Shown here in pieces: positions 28,151 through 37,277 of a stretch of 38,931 nucleotides of DNA. The notes beneath the pieces were generated by a model, which searched no databases, had not been told where the DNA came from, and saw only the letters and a list, made by a program, of their open reading frames with translations. Numbering within the stretch: position 1 is the first letter of the stretch; every line of letters starts with the position of its first letter. A program made the position numbers and the translations under genes. Source of the DNA: an uncultured Flavobacteriaceae bacterium (GTDB taxonomy: Bacteria; Bacteroidota; Bacteroidia; Flavobacteriales; Flavobacteriaceae); the NCBI GenBank assembly GCA_964388865.1, contig CAYMDB010000002.1, positions 1 to 38,931 on the forward strand, read 5' to 3'.

Positions 28151-30760
28151 TTACTGTAATTTCAAATAAGCATTTAAGTTTTTATGTCGTTGAATAATAG
28201 CATAGTTTGGTGAGGAAATTGCAAAATAGGACTTGGTTATTTTAGGCTTTACCCGCTTTCCTTGCTTGTCTCTTTCTTCGGTTTGAAGCAGTTCTGCAAA
28301 TCCACTTGCACCAGCGGCACTTTTTAAGCCGTGCACCACCACAAAAGTCGTGTTTTCGTTATACAAGTCTCTTGATGTTGTAAGATTAAAATATTGAATT
28401 TTTGCAACTTCTTCATTTAAAATTTTCATGAAAGCATCAATGTCTTCATCCGTGTTATTATCAAACTGATATATGACATTAAAATTTTCTGCATTTTCAT
28501 CTGAAACAAATGTTGTATTCGCTAAAACGGGAATGGCATTTTCTAACAAATCGAGTGCTTTTTTTCCCTCTTCAGTATTAGCATAGGTTAATGCAATATA
28601 GTTGATTCCTTCTTTGTAATCCTCAAAACCATAAAGTCGACCTTTGGCAGATGTTTTCAATAGTTCAAACTTGGGCACAAAATCATCGCCTTTTAGTCTT
28701 TTAATTTGTGCTTCAGCTTCTGAAATCACCTCAGCGTACTTTTCCGCTTTAAATTTCTGATAAAGTCTTTTGTAAATGGCTTCCGGACTGTTTTTGTCCT
28801 TGGATAATTCAGACTGCGGATTTAATAAAATCTCAGCATAACGCGAGTCTGAATAATTCTCAATAATATCGTTTTTAACGGTCTCCGCTTTTCTATTTAA
28901 GCCAAGTTCCATGTAAATTTGATATAAATTGTATTTTGAAGGTAAAATTAATCGGTCTTCAGGATTGTTCTCTAATAAACGCTCTAGTTTTGATTTTGCG
29001 AGTTCAAATTCTTTGAACTTTTCCTTGTAAATAATTCCTAGTTGATAGTAAGCAAAATTGCGCTCTTTAATTATACTATCGATTTCGCTTTGTTGTGTTG
29101 GTAGTGTTGCCAAATAAATATCGGCATTGAAGCGTTCATCTTCCTCGGTGGTTTCAGTTAAAGCGGCGTCCGTTACAGTACTTTTAAGGTTTGCGCGTTG
29201 ATTTGAAAGTCTCCAATTATCTTGAAGTTTACGATCTCCCCAAAGTTTTAAAAATTCACTCTTTCCGTAGGCTACGGTGGTAGGATTGTAAAAATAAAAA
29301 CGGCTACTTTCTAAACCTGCCATTTTTTTGTCTCTTAAAGCCCCAGGCGGACCTCCGATGGAATTCATCACTCTGCTATCAGGGTTTACATTAGCTGAAG
29401 ATACCGTGTTTTTTTGTTTGGCTAACTCTGCTTCTCTCTGCTCTTTTTCTTCTAAGGCTTTCAACCTCAATTTTTCTGTGTATTCAGTATAAATGGCAAT
29501 CTGCGCTTCTTTTGGTAGACTAATAATATGTAAAATGCTGTCGTTAGTTTGTGCGATACCTTCATAGTAAATAACGTCGTCGAGATTTTCGCGCTTTCGT
29601 TTTATAATTCTGAATGGTTTCGAATTTTGAACCATAACCGTCATTGTGCTATCGTAATACGCTCCTGCCGTTTTATACAAATTGCGGTCAAAATACATAG
29701 TTCCTAAAGTTTCGTAATTCACCGACTTTAGGTACTTGTCTGAAGTGATTTTGCGTAAAGATTTATTGTAATATACTTCCGACAAACTATCTGAAGTATT
29801 ATTGCGATGAAACTCTGCAATGCGATAATAAATCTTATCTAAGAAAGGTCTGTTTTCTCTGTTTTCTTCTAATTCTGTGAGATACTCTTGAAATGCTATC
29901 AAATCGCCATTGGAAGCATCAAAATTATTTGATTTTTCAATGTGAGCGTTGATATAATAGGAACGTGGAATTTGACGGTGCATGTCTATAATGGCATCAA
30001 ACTCTAAGCTAGCACTGTCCTTTTCACCAAACTCGTTGTAAAGTTGACCTCTAATATAATGGTAGCGTGCCTTTTCGTTTTTTATTTTAGTATGTGCTGC
30101 GGCAATTCCAAGCTCTGCTAATGCGCTGTCTTTGTGTTTTAAATTGATATACGCCTGTGCTAAGGCCGCTTTTGCATCTGCTAAATCTTGATCGCCTAGA
30201 TTTTCTTCTTCTAGCAGACGCTTTAGTTTCTTTATCGCACCGAGGTTGTTATCTAATCGGATACTCGACTTTTCGCGCCAGATTTTTACTTGGTTAATTT
30301 TGTCGCTAGTTGGATATTTATTTAAAATATTATTGAAAGCTGCCAAAGCGGGCACAAAGCGCTGATCAAAATAACGCGCTTTTCCTAAGAGCAAATAGGC
30401 TTCATCTATTTGCGGATTCTTTTCCTTACCATTAATGTTCATTCCGTGAAGCTGAATGGCTTTTATGGCCTTTTCTTCAGCTCTCTCAAAATCTTCGTTT
30501 TTGCTTTGCCCAGGCATAAAAATATCTTCCTTTACCTCCATGCGTTCAACAGGTAAAAACTCCCAGAAATTTTCAGTAAACTGGTTGTTGATCCCTTCCT
30601 TACCCCGCTCTAAAGCAATGTTGCCGTTGTATAACACATTGTATTTTGTACCTAAGGCATGGAAATTCCTGTTGATAAACGTATCCTTTTTTCTAGAACA
30701 GCCTTGTATAATAAATGCAAGGCAAAAAAGTGATACTATAATTTTAAAATAGGTTCTCAA
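28151..30760 (-). CDS. sprE: T9SS/gliding TPR lipoprotein SprE (PorW)
   Basis: Lipobox QGC-SRKKDTFINRNFH..YNVLYNG; FYFYN..WGDRKLQDNWR; TPRs; usual adjacency to bactofilin. Confidence 0.9.
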   Translation of the reverse strand: MRTYFKIIVSLFCLAFIIQGCSRKKDTFINRNFHALGTKYNVLYNGNIALERGKEGINNQFTENFWEFLPVERMEVKEDIFMPGQSKNEDFERAEEKAIKAIQLHGMNINGKEKNPQIDEAYLLLGKARYFDQRFVPALAAFNNILNKYPTSDKINQVKIWREKSSIRLDNNLGAIKKLKRLLEEENLGDQDLADAKAALAQAYINLKHKDSALAELGIAAAHTKIKNEKARYHYIRGQLYNEFGEKDSASLEFDAIIDMHRQIPRSYYINAHIEKSNNFDASNGDLIAFQEYLTELEENRENRPFLDKIYYRIAEFHRNNTSDSLSEVYYNKSLRKITSDKYLKSVNYETLGTMYFDRNLYKTAGAYYDSTMTVMVQNSKPFRIIKRKRENLDDVIYYEGIAQTNDSILHIISLPKEAQIAIYTEYTEKLRLKALEEKEQREAELAKQKNTVSSANVNPDSRVMNSIGGPPGALRDKKMAGLESSRFYFYNPTTVAYGKSEFLKLWGDRKLQDNWRLSNQRANLKSTVTDAALTETTEEDERFNADIYLATLPTQQSEIDSIIKERNFAYYQLGIIYKEKFKEFELAKSKLERLLENNPEDRLILPSKYNLYQIYMELGLNRKAETVKNDIIENYSDSRYAEILLNPQSELSKDKNSPEAIYKRLYQKFKAEKYAEVISEAEAQIKRLKGDDFVPKFELLKTSAKGRLYGFEDYKEGINYIALTYANTEEGKKALDLLENAIPVLANTTFVSDENAENFNVIYQFDNNTDEDIDAFMKILNEEVAKIQYFNLTTSRDLYNENTTFVVVHGLKSAAGASGFAELLQTEERDKQGKRVKPKITKSYFAISSPNYAIIQRHKNLNAYLKLQ

Positions 30761-30948
30761 CGTTGGTTCTATTTGGTCTTTAGATAACTAAAATGTTAGG
30801 CATTTAGTGTGTTTGGCAGTAAAAATAAACATCTTTTTGAATTTATGAGATTATTTGGAAGGATATTAGGTTACTTGGTTCTAGGAAATAGGAATCGGTA
30901 AGGGTGTATTGCATATTTGTTATTGTGCGTTTGTCTGAATTTTAAAAA

Positions 30949-31203
30949 GCGCGCAAAGCTTTAGGCTTTTTTGATATTGTGGGTATTGTTTGAATTTGAA
31001 ATTACCAAAATCATGAAACACAAAGTTCTATTTGTCTTTTTGTTGAATTATAATGGGCGCGCAAAGGCGCAGAGAGGCAAAATGTTCTTCTGTTTTATCA
31101 TGAACAGTGGCTACAACTTTAATTTTTATAGTCAACTGATATGGGATTTTTATAATTGATTTTTATAATTTAAATAGGCGAGCAAAGGCGCAGAGTCGCA
31201 AAG
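30949..31203 (+). repeat. Dispersed GCGCAAAGGCGCAGAG-type short direct repeats
   Basis: GCGCGCAAAG (30949), GGCGCGCAAAGGCGCAGAGAGGCAAA (31056), GGCGAGCAAAGGCGCAGAGTCGCAAAG (31177). Confidence 0.7.
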
Positions 31204-31235
31204 TTTGTTTTGAAAAAAACCCATTTTCTAAAAGC

Positions 31236-31267
31236 AAAAAACCCATGACTTAGTAATCATGGGCTTT
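31236..31267 (-). terminator. Terminator of the PadR/ABC operon
   Basis: CCCATGA..TCATGGG stem plus T run on the minus strand. Confidence 0.75.
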
Positions 31268-31285
31268 AAACTAATTCTAGCGTTC

Positions 31286-32011
31286 CTACTCTTCTTCTTC
31301 TTGTGCCGCCATCATACTGCCAGAAAAATGAGCTTCTAATTCTTTTAGGGTTGCTGGGTTGGTTTCTAAGTCTTTAATGACATCACCTTTTTCTAAAACC
31401 ACAATGCGCTCGCAAACATCTGTAACGTGCATTAAATCGTGACTAGACACTAAAACAGTGACTCCCTGTTTTTCCGCGAGGTCTTTTAGAATTTGCTTTA
31501 AACGTATTTGTGCAGTTGGGTCTAAATTAGCGAAAGGCTCATCTAATATTATGACTTCAGGATTTCCTATAAGCGCTGAAACAATCCCCGCTTTTTTCTG
31601 GTTGCCCTTACTTAAATCTCTGAGGTATTTTTTCTTTCCGATGATTTCGCCATTAAAAAAGTCTTCAAATTTGGCCGTTAGATTATCCACATCTGCTTTG
31701 TTTTGCCCGCGCAGGTCGCCAATAAAATAAAAATATTCTTCGGGTGTGAGGTAGCCTATTAAGAAACTTTCGTCTATAAATGAAGATGTAAAAGGTTTCC
31801 AATCTTCACTCTGATCTACAACAATACCATTGGTTGTAATATTTCCTGTGGTTGGTTTTATGAGGTCTAATAGTAAACTAAAATAGGTGGTTTTACCCGC
31901 TCCGTTATTTCCTACCAAACCAAAACTTTGGCCTTTTGGTATGCTTAAATCGGCAATCTTTAGAACTGTAGTGCCGTTATATGCTTTTGAAAGGTTTTCT
32001 GTATGCATCAT
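31286..32011 (-). CDS. ABC transporter ATP-binding protein
   Basis: GNNGAGKTT, LSKGN, ILDEPF, SSH. Confidence 0.96.
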   Translation of the reverse strand: MMHTENLSKAYNGTTVLKIADLSIPKGQSFGLVGNNGAGKTTYFSLLLDLIKPTTGNITTNGIVVDQSEDWKPFTSSFIDESFLIGYLTPEEYFYFIGDLRGQNKADVDNLTAKFEDFFNGEIIGKKKYLRDLSKGNQKKAGIVSALIGNPEVIILDEPFANLDPTAQIRLKQILKDLAEKQGVTVLVSSHDLMHVTDVCERIVVLEKGDVIKDLETNPATLKELEAHFSGSMMAAQEEEE

Positions 32012-32025
32012 AGTGCCTTTTATTA

Positions 32026-33504
32026 TTAATTATTTTGACTAAATGCGTCAATCATTTTATATTTTGAAACCAAATAGCGTTTCGTAATTAGGTTCATTAA
32101 TTTTTTATGAAAAATTACACCTAAAATACCGAGTATAATTAAGGTAGCCACTCCAGCTTCAAAACCAACCAACCAATTCATTAATGCAAAAATTAGCATG
32201 GGTAAAATCATAAGTGGTAATCCAATAAGCCACTGTACAGCACCTGTACCTTGATAATTGAATGCAGCGCGTTGGCTGAGGTCTATCTTTTTTCTATTAA
32301 ATGATCCGCCATAGAGAATCACATGAGAATTAACGCCAATGTTATAGATCGCTGCGGCAAAATGTGCAATGAGTATTTTCCAGCCAAAATATACATAAGG
32401 AATACTGAGTAGGAACATAATAACCACGCTCATAATCATTAAGATAAATTTTGAACGCAAGTATTGTTCGTATTTAATATTCTGACTCATTAGCAACTTG
32501 TAATAACCACTATCCCATGCCGGAATAAACTGACCGAAATTGATAAGAAAAATTCCTGTCACAAAAATTCCCACAAACGGAAATAACCAAACCATATCCG
32601 CAAATTGTGGCTGCGGATAGATGAACAAGCCATACAACAAGCCGATGATCATTATAAATACAAAAGATCGTGTGCGTTTGTTTCTCCAGATAAGTTTCAA
32701 ATCTAATTGCAAAAAAGGAGCAATATCCCCAAAGCGCTTGGTCCAAGATAAATCTGCCGCTTTTACTTCCGTTACTTTCGATTTTAGAGAACTATCTAAA
32801 AATAATTTGTCTTTTAAGATTTTAAAATTGTAGATGTACAGCGCTGCTAAAATCGCTATTGGAATTAAAATGAAAAAAGGATTATTTGCAATACTTATAA
32901 ACGCATCGCCAATAAGTGTTGCTATTGAAAAAATCTCAAAATGATTTAAGGCATAAAGCACCCCTAAAATGGCAATTAAAGGCAATGCTGAGAGTTCAGT
33001 TTTTGCAGAAAAGGCTTCAATAATAAAATTGAGAAAGTTTATAATGAGCACTAAAATGAACATTGTAAACATCCAGGTGACAGCCAATGTTGAAGAAAAC
33101 CCATCCCCAATTAGCATAATACTAAACGGAATGATAGCAAATAAAGGTAAAAAGTTAAAAAAGGAAATAGCAGATTTTCCAAGTACGTAGTTAACAATTG
33201 TAGACCGCTTAATTGGCAAGGTGAGTAGTGGCTTTACACTCATAACAGGCAGTTTCTGGAAGAAAAAACGAATGAGCAAATCGGCAATAATCCAGTAAAA
33301 TATAAATCCATTCGCCACTACAAATGGATCTTGATCTGGATAAGCTTTCTTTAAAATGAAAAGCAAACCAAATCCTAAGCCTAAAAATATGGCAATAAAA
33401 TAAAGCGCAAAAAACACCATCAAAATATTAATGACCATACTTTTTTGCCAATACGACGAACGGAAGTATTGTTTCCATTCGAGATTTAAGAAATGCTTTA
33501 TCAT
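32026..33504 (-). CDS. DUF5687 family multi-TM protein (putative ABC permease)
   Basis: About 12 TM in two repeats; LEWKQYFRS, LKLIWRNKR; adjacent to the ABC ATPase. Confidence 0.85.
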   Translation of the reverse strand: MIKHFLNLEWKQYFRSSYWQKSMVINILMVFFALYFIAIFLGLGFGLLFILKKAYPDQDPFVVANGFIFYWIIADLLIRFFFQKLPVMSVKPLLTLPIKRSTIVNYVLGKSAISFFNFLPLFAIIPFSIMLIGDGFSSTLAVTWMFTMFILVLIINFLNFIIEAFSAKTELSALPLIAILGVLYALNHFEIFSIATLIGDAFISIANNPFFILIPIAILAALYIYNFKILKDKLFLDSSLKSKVTEVKAADLSWTKRFGDIAPFLQLDLKLIWRNKRTRSFVFIMIIGLLYGLFIYPQPQFADMVWLFPFVGIFVTGIFLINFGQFIPAWDSGYYKLLMSQNIKYEQYLRSKFILMIMSVVIMFLLSIPYVYFGWKILIAHFAAAIYNIGVNSHVILYGGSFNRKKIDLSQRAAFNYQGTGAVQWLIGLPLMILPMLIFALMNWLVGFEAGVATLIILGILGVIFHKKLMNLITKRYLVSKYKMIDAFSQNN

Positions 33505-33550
33505 GATGGTTGGTTTGGTTTATTGGTAAGTGTGTAAAAACGCTATTTTG

Positions 33551-34240
33551 TTACAAACTAAATTCTGGATAAGTTTCGTTTAAGAGTTTTTCAGCTTTAT
33601 TAGGAATGACCTCGAAGCTAATGTAATTAATTAAAACGAGTGCTGTATAAGCTGTGGCTAAACCTATAATGGCGTATATATTATTTAGAAATTTATCGGA
33701 AATTATAAAGAGATTATAAATTTGAGATAAGAAAACCAAAGATGACATACCTGCTTGTCTGAAAATCATTTCCTCTAGCATCCATTTTTTGTTGGAAATT
33801 TCCTTTCTACGCTTAAATTGTCTGTTGAGTTGAATATTTTTATAAAATACCCAAACGGCAACTACAATATAAAAAACAACAGACAACTGAGGTGCCAAAG
33901 TTGTAGAAAACGAGAAATAAAACAGAAAAAAAAGACTGAGGGTTGCGATAATTTGTGGGATTTCAACCCATTTTTTGAGTTCAGTCCATAAGTAGCGCCT
34001 GTAGCGTTTGTTCATGGCTTTTGCTTTTTGCTCAATAGGTTCCATAAATCCGAATATACCAAACTTTTTAAAAGCTTTATTTTTAGCCTCTTCAAAGTCT
34101 AATTTTGGTTGCGTTTCCCACATGACTTCAATATCGTTGGCCAAATGATCCACGAGTTCGGTTTGCAGATCGTAATGCTCAACGAAGTGCTGTCGTGTAA
34201 AAGTGTACAGTTCTTGTATTTGGGATTCGGTTAGTGTCAT
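33551..34240 (-). CDS. Membrane protein with HAAS-like N-terminal helical domain (paralogue 3)
   Basis: LTESQIQEL..VEHYDLQTELVDHLANDIE..FG, then 4 TM. Confidence 0.8.
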   Translation of the reverse strand: MTLTESQIQELYTFTRQHFVEHYDLQTELVDHLANDIEVMWETQPKLDFEEAKNKAFKKFGIFGFMEPIEQKAKAMNKRYRRYLWTELKKWVEIPQIIATLSLFFLFYFSFSTTLAPQLSVVFYIVVAVWVFYKNIQLNRQFKRRKEISNKKWMLEEMIFRQAGMSSLVFLSQIYNLFIISDKFLNNIYAIIGLATAYTALVLINYISFEVIPNKAEKLLNETYPEFSL

Positions 34241-34956
34241 TGGGTTAGTAATTTATAATCCTTTCTGTTTTCCATTAAAGCGCTGCGATAACAATTTAAA
34301 CTGTGCCTTAAAAAAGGGAATAAAATCATGTAAATCATAATAGCAATGTAAAAAGGCTTTGTTATGTTGTCTTCATAATAACTATTAAATCCGCCAATAA
34401 AAAGATAATTTAGAGCCATAAACAGCGAACCTGTTGTCATGGCTATTTGCATATTTAAAGATTTTCTATTCGCTTTCTCAAAAGCACCAATTCCTAGTTT
34501 TACAAATTCTGGAAGAATAGATGCAATCATTGCTAAACCAAAAGCTGCTTTTTGGTTAAATTGAAAAATACTGTAAACCAACAGTGAAAGAGCTGAAAAT
34601 TCAAATAAAAATTGCTTGGAACATACAAATGAAAGGAATGTTTTACGGAAAAAGATTCTGTGTTTCCTTCCTATTTCCTTTTGCTTTTTCATGGTGAATT
34701 TTTTGAAACCTTTATGATCAATATACAATGCCTGGTTAAAATCTACATTATAGGAGTAACCGTTATCAATTCTGTTTCCAAAACCACGATGAACCTCGAG
34801 CAACGCCTCGTTAAAAGAAATACCGTCGTTGATTATTTTGTCTTCAACCGCAGTAACAATATGATCTAAAAGTTCTAAACGCACATCCCAATATTTCACC
34901 TCATTTTTTATGAGATAATCGTCTATGAATTTTATTTCTTCTTTGGTTAGTTTCAT
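34237..34956 (-). CDS. Membrane protein with HAAS-like N-terminal domain (paralogue 2)
   Basis: LTKEEIKFIDDYL..VKYWDVRLELLDHIVTAVE..FG, then 4 TM. Confidence 0.8.
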   Translation of the reverse strand: MKLTKEEIKFIDDYLIKNEVKYWDVRLELLDHIVTAVEDKIINDGISFNEALLEVHRGFGNRIDNGYSYNVDFNQALYIDHKGFKKFTMKKQKEIGRKHRIFFRKTFLSFVCSKQFLFEFSALSLLVYSIFQFNQKAAFGLAMIASILPEFVKLGIGAFEKANRKSLNMQIAMTTGSLFMALNYLFIGGFNSYYEDNITKPFYIAIMIYMILFPFLRHSLNCYRSALMENRKDYKLLTQ

Positions 34957-34976
34957 TTTTTTTTAAATTCTATTTT

Positions 34977-35009
34977 AGACCCCACAGGTTTTAAAAACCT
35001 GTGAGGTCT
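34977..35009. repeat. 33-bp palindromic REP
   Basis: AGACCCCACAGGTTTTAAAAACCTGTGAGGTCT. Confidence 0.85.
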
Positions 35010-35018
35010 TAACATCCA

Positions 35019-35666
35019 TTATTCTATGGGTTTAAAACGTTCATTGTAGGTCTTAAATATTTTTAAACTAACTCGTATTAGAAGCAACATAAATGTCAGT
35101 GCTAAACTTAAGCCTCCAATTAGCCAAAATGTAGCATAGCCCTCTTTTACAGTCTTTGAAAAATTGAGAACAATAACACTCATCTGATAAGACACAAAAA
35201 AAGGCCAAGCTAGACGTTCTACTGCTGAAAATCGTTTCAGTTGTTTTACTTGACTGTAAACCACATACATCAGCAAAAAACCTATTAAGCCTAATAATGG
35301 AATTACAGAAACAACGTTTTTAAAGATTTCTAAACTAAGGTTTTTATGTAAAAAATAAAAGCCTAAAAATGAAGCTGAAAGCAGCAAGGGCATAATTGGC
35401 TTAACCAATTCTTTTAGCAAGGCTTTCCATATTTTTTTATCCGCAGATGTTAAGAATTTTCTATTATCGTCTAAAAGTTTGGCTTTGTTTTCAACCATGT
35501 AATCTTTAAAAATAAAGTAGAAATCTCGGGTATCTCCTTCAGACATTTTTGCTTCAATACCAGAAGCCACATGATCTACCATTTCCATTCTAATATCAAC
35601 AAAAACGATATCAGAATTATCGAGATAGGTATCTATAAATTGTATGTTTTCTTTGGTTAGATTCAT
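35019..35666 (-). CDS. Membrane protein with HAAS-like N-terminal domain (paralogue 1)
   Basis: LTKENIQFIDTYL..IVFVDIRMEMVDHVASGIE, then 4 TM. Confidence 0.8.
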   Translation of the reverse strand: MNLTKENIQFIDTYLDNSDIVFVDIRMEMVDHVASGIEAKMSEGDTRDFYFIFKDYMVENKAKLLDDNRKFLTSADKKIWKALLKELVKPIMPLLLSASFLGFYFLHKNLSLEIFKNVVSVIPLLGLIGFLLMYVVYSQVKQLKRFSAVERLAWPFFVSYQMSVIVLNFSKTVKEGYATFWLIGGLSLALTFMLLLIRVSLKIFKTYNERFKPIE

Positions 35667-35670
35667 TTTT

Positions 35671-35694
35671 AGGTTTTAAACACCTGTCAGGTCT
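35671..35694. repeat. Truncated 33-bp-family REP
   Basis: AGGTTTTAAACACCTGTCAGGTCT. Confidence 0.75.
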
Positions 35695-35720
35695 TCAATT
35701 AAATTGATACGTTCTAGGCT

Positions 35721-36053
35721 TTATGCCAATTTCGGATTTACCAATGACTGCATCGTTTTAATATATTCTGCTAATTCTTCCAACTTACTTACCGTTTCTT
35801 TTGTGCCCTGTTCTGTGAGCTTGTAATATTTGCGTAACCGATTATCAACCTTAGCAACCTCAACATCTAATAAGCCTTCAGCTTCTAATTTATGCAAGGC
35901 TGGATACAAAGCGCCTTCAGTTATATTAAGCTCACCTTTGGTCAGGGCTTTTACCTTTTGGGTCATCTCGTAACCATACATTTTATCGTGCTCATTCAGC
36001 AACTTTAAAATAATGGTGTTTAAACTACCCTTATATAATTTTGAATTACTCAT
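35721..36053 (-). CDS. PadR family transcriptional regulator
   Basis: MYGYEM..EGALYPALHKLE..RKYYKLTEQG. Confidence 0.96.
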   Translation of the reverse strand: MSNSKLYKGSLNTIILKLLNEHDKMYGYEMTQKVKALTKGELNITEGALYPALHKLEAEGLLDVEVAKVDNRLRKYYKLTEQGTKETVSKLEELAEYIKTMQSLVNPKLA

Positions 36054-36056
36054 AGG

Positions 36057-36099
36057 TCAAATATACATAATTTTCTTATGTATAAGACTCTTAGGTATA
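36057..36099 (-). promoter_or_regulatory. padR -7 promoter overlapped by an inverted-repeat operator
   Basis: TATATTTG (36064-36057); perfect IR TATACATAA-N5-TTATGTATA (36062-36084); imperfect second site 36077-36099. Confidence 0.75.
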
Positions 36100-36104
36100 A
36101 TTTT

Positions 36105-36137
36105 AAACCTACAAGCTTGCCAAAATCTTGCAGGTCT
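36105..36137. repeat. Degenerate 33-bp-family REP
   Basis: AAACCTACAAGCTTGCCAAAATCTTGCAGGTCT. Confidence 0.55.
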
Positions 36138-36174
36138 ATCTGGAGATTGTTTATTTTTGCAAAAAACTGTTATA

Positions 36175-37233
36175 ATGTCACAATTTCATAGCCTGAATAT
36201 AAAATCGGTAACGCCACTTACCGAACAATCTGTTGCAATTTCATTTGAAATTCCAGAACACTTAAAATCTGTGTTTCGCTTTGATGCCGGACAATACCTC
36301 ACCCTAAAAACCAAAATCAACGGTGAAGAGGTGAGACGAGATTACTCCATCTGTGCCTCAAAAAACAGTGGCGAACTGAGCGTTTCTGTAAAAGCTGTGG
36401 AAGGTGGAACTTTTTCTGTTTATGCCAATTCAAAACTTAAAGCTGGCGATACTTTAGAGGTCTCTGAACCCAATGGCCGATTTCTTTTTGAAGCCAACAA
36501 AGAAAAAACAAGAACCATTGCCGCTTTTGCCGCAGGTAGCGGTATTACTCCTATTTTGAGTATTGCTAAAACGCTTTTAGAAGACGAACCCTTTAGCAAT
36601 TTTATATTGGTTTACGGAAACAAATCCTCTGAAAATACTATGTTTTTTAGAGATCTTGTTGAACTTCAAAAAACATACAGCAAACGCTTTCATGTCCATT
36701 TTATTTATAGTCAAACCAACGAAGAAGACGCTTTATTTGGTCGCATAGAAAAAAGTACGGTTAATCTTATCGTAAAAAACAAATACAAAGATGTAAGCAT
36801 TGAAAAGTTTTACCTCTGCGGACCTGAACAGATGATTCACACCGTTAAAGATGTTCTACTTGAAAACGGCGTTAAAGAAAAGTCAATTTTGTTTGAATTG
36901 TTTACCGCTCCTGTAGATACCGATTCTAATTCGGAAGTTGAAGCCCTATCCGGAAACACAAAAATCAAAGTTTTAGTTGATGATGAAGAATTTGATTTTG
37001 AAATGTCTAAAGAGCATACCATTCTTGAAGCTACTTTAAAACAAGATATTGACGCGCCTTATTCTTGCCAAGGTGGAATTTGTAGTAGTTGCATTGCCAG
37101 AATTACGGAAGGCGAAGCCAAAATGCGACAAAATAATATTTTAACTGATAGCGAAGTGGCGGAAGGTTTGGTCTTAACTTGCCAAGCACAACCTACTTCT
37201 GATAGTATTGTTGTAGATTATGATGATGTGTAG
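36175..37233 (+). CDS. Ferredoxin-NADP reductase family oxidoreductase with C-terminal 2Fe-2S domain (PaaE-like)
   Basis: RDYS, AAGSGITP, YLCGP, CQGGICSSC..C. Start MSQFHSL follows promoter TATTTTTG at 36152-36159. Confidence 0.93.
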   Translation: MSQFHSLNIKSVTPLTEQSVAISFEIPEHLKSVFRFDAGQYLTLKTKINGEEVRRDYSICASKNSGELSVSVKAVEGGTFSVYANSKLKAGDTLEVSEPNGRFLFEANKEKTRTIAAFAAGSGITPILSIAKTLLEDEPFSNFILVYGNKSSENTMFFRDLVELQKTYSKRFHVHFIYSQTNEEDALFGRIEKSTVNLIVKNKYKDVSIEKFYLCGPEQMIHTVKDVLLENGVKEKSILFELFTAPVDTDSNSEVEALSGNTKIKVLVDDEEFDFEMSKEHTILEATLKQDIDAPYSCQGGICSSCIARITEGEAKMRQNNILTDSEVAEGLVLTCQAQPTSDSIVVDYDDV

Positions 37234-37244
37234 CTCATCCCTTC

Positions 37245-37277
37245 AGACCTGTCAGGTTTTAAAAACCTGACAGGTCT
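37245..37277. repeat. 33-bp palindromic REP overlapping the GT9 stop
   Basis: AGACCTGTCAGGTTTTAAAAACCTGACAGGTCT. Confidence 0.9.

Noticed and set aside
30971-31159. 62-aa ORF
   Set aside because: Runs through repeat motifs (GRAKAQRGK), has a TTG start and no recognisable domain.
36013-36174. N-terminal extension of the reductase ORF
   Set aside because: Overlaps padR, its operator and a REP. The promoter at 36152 supports ATG 36175.
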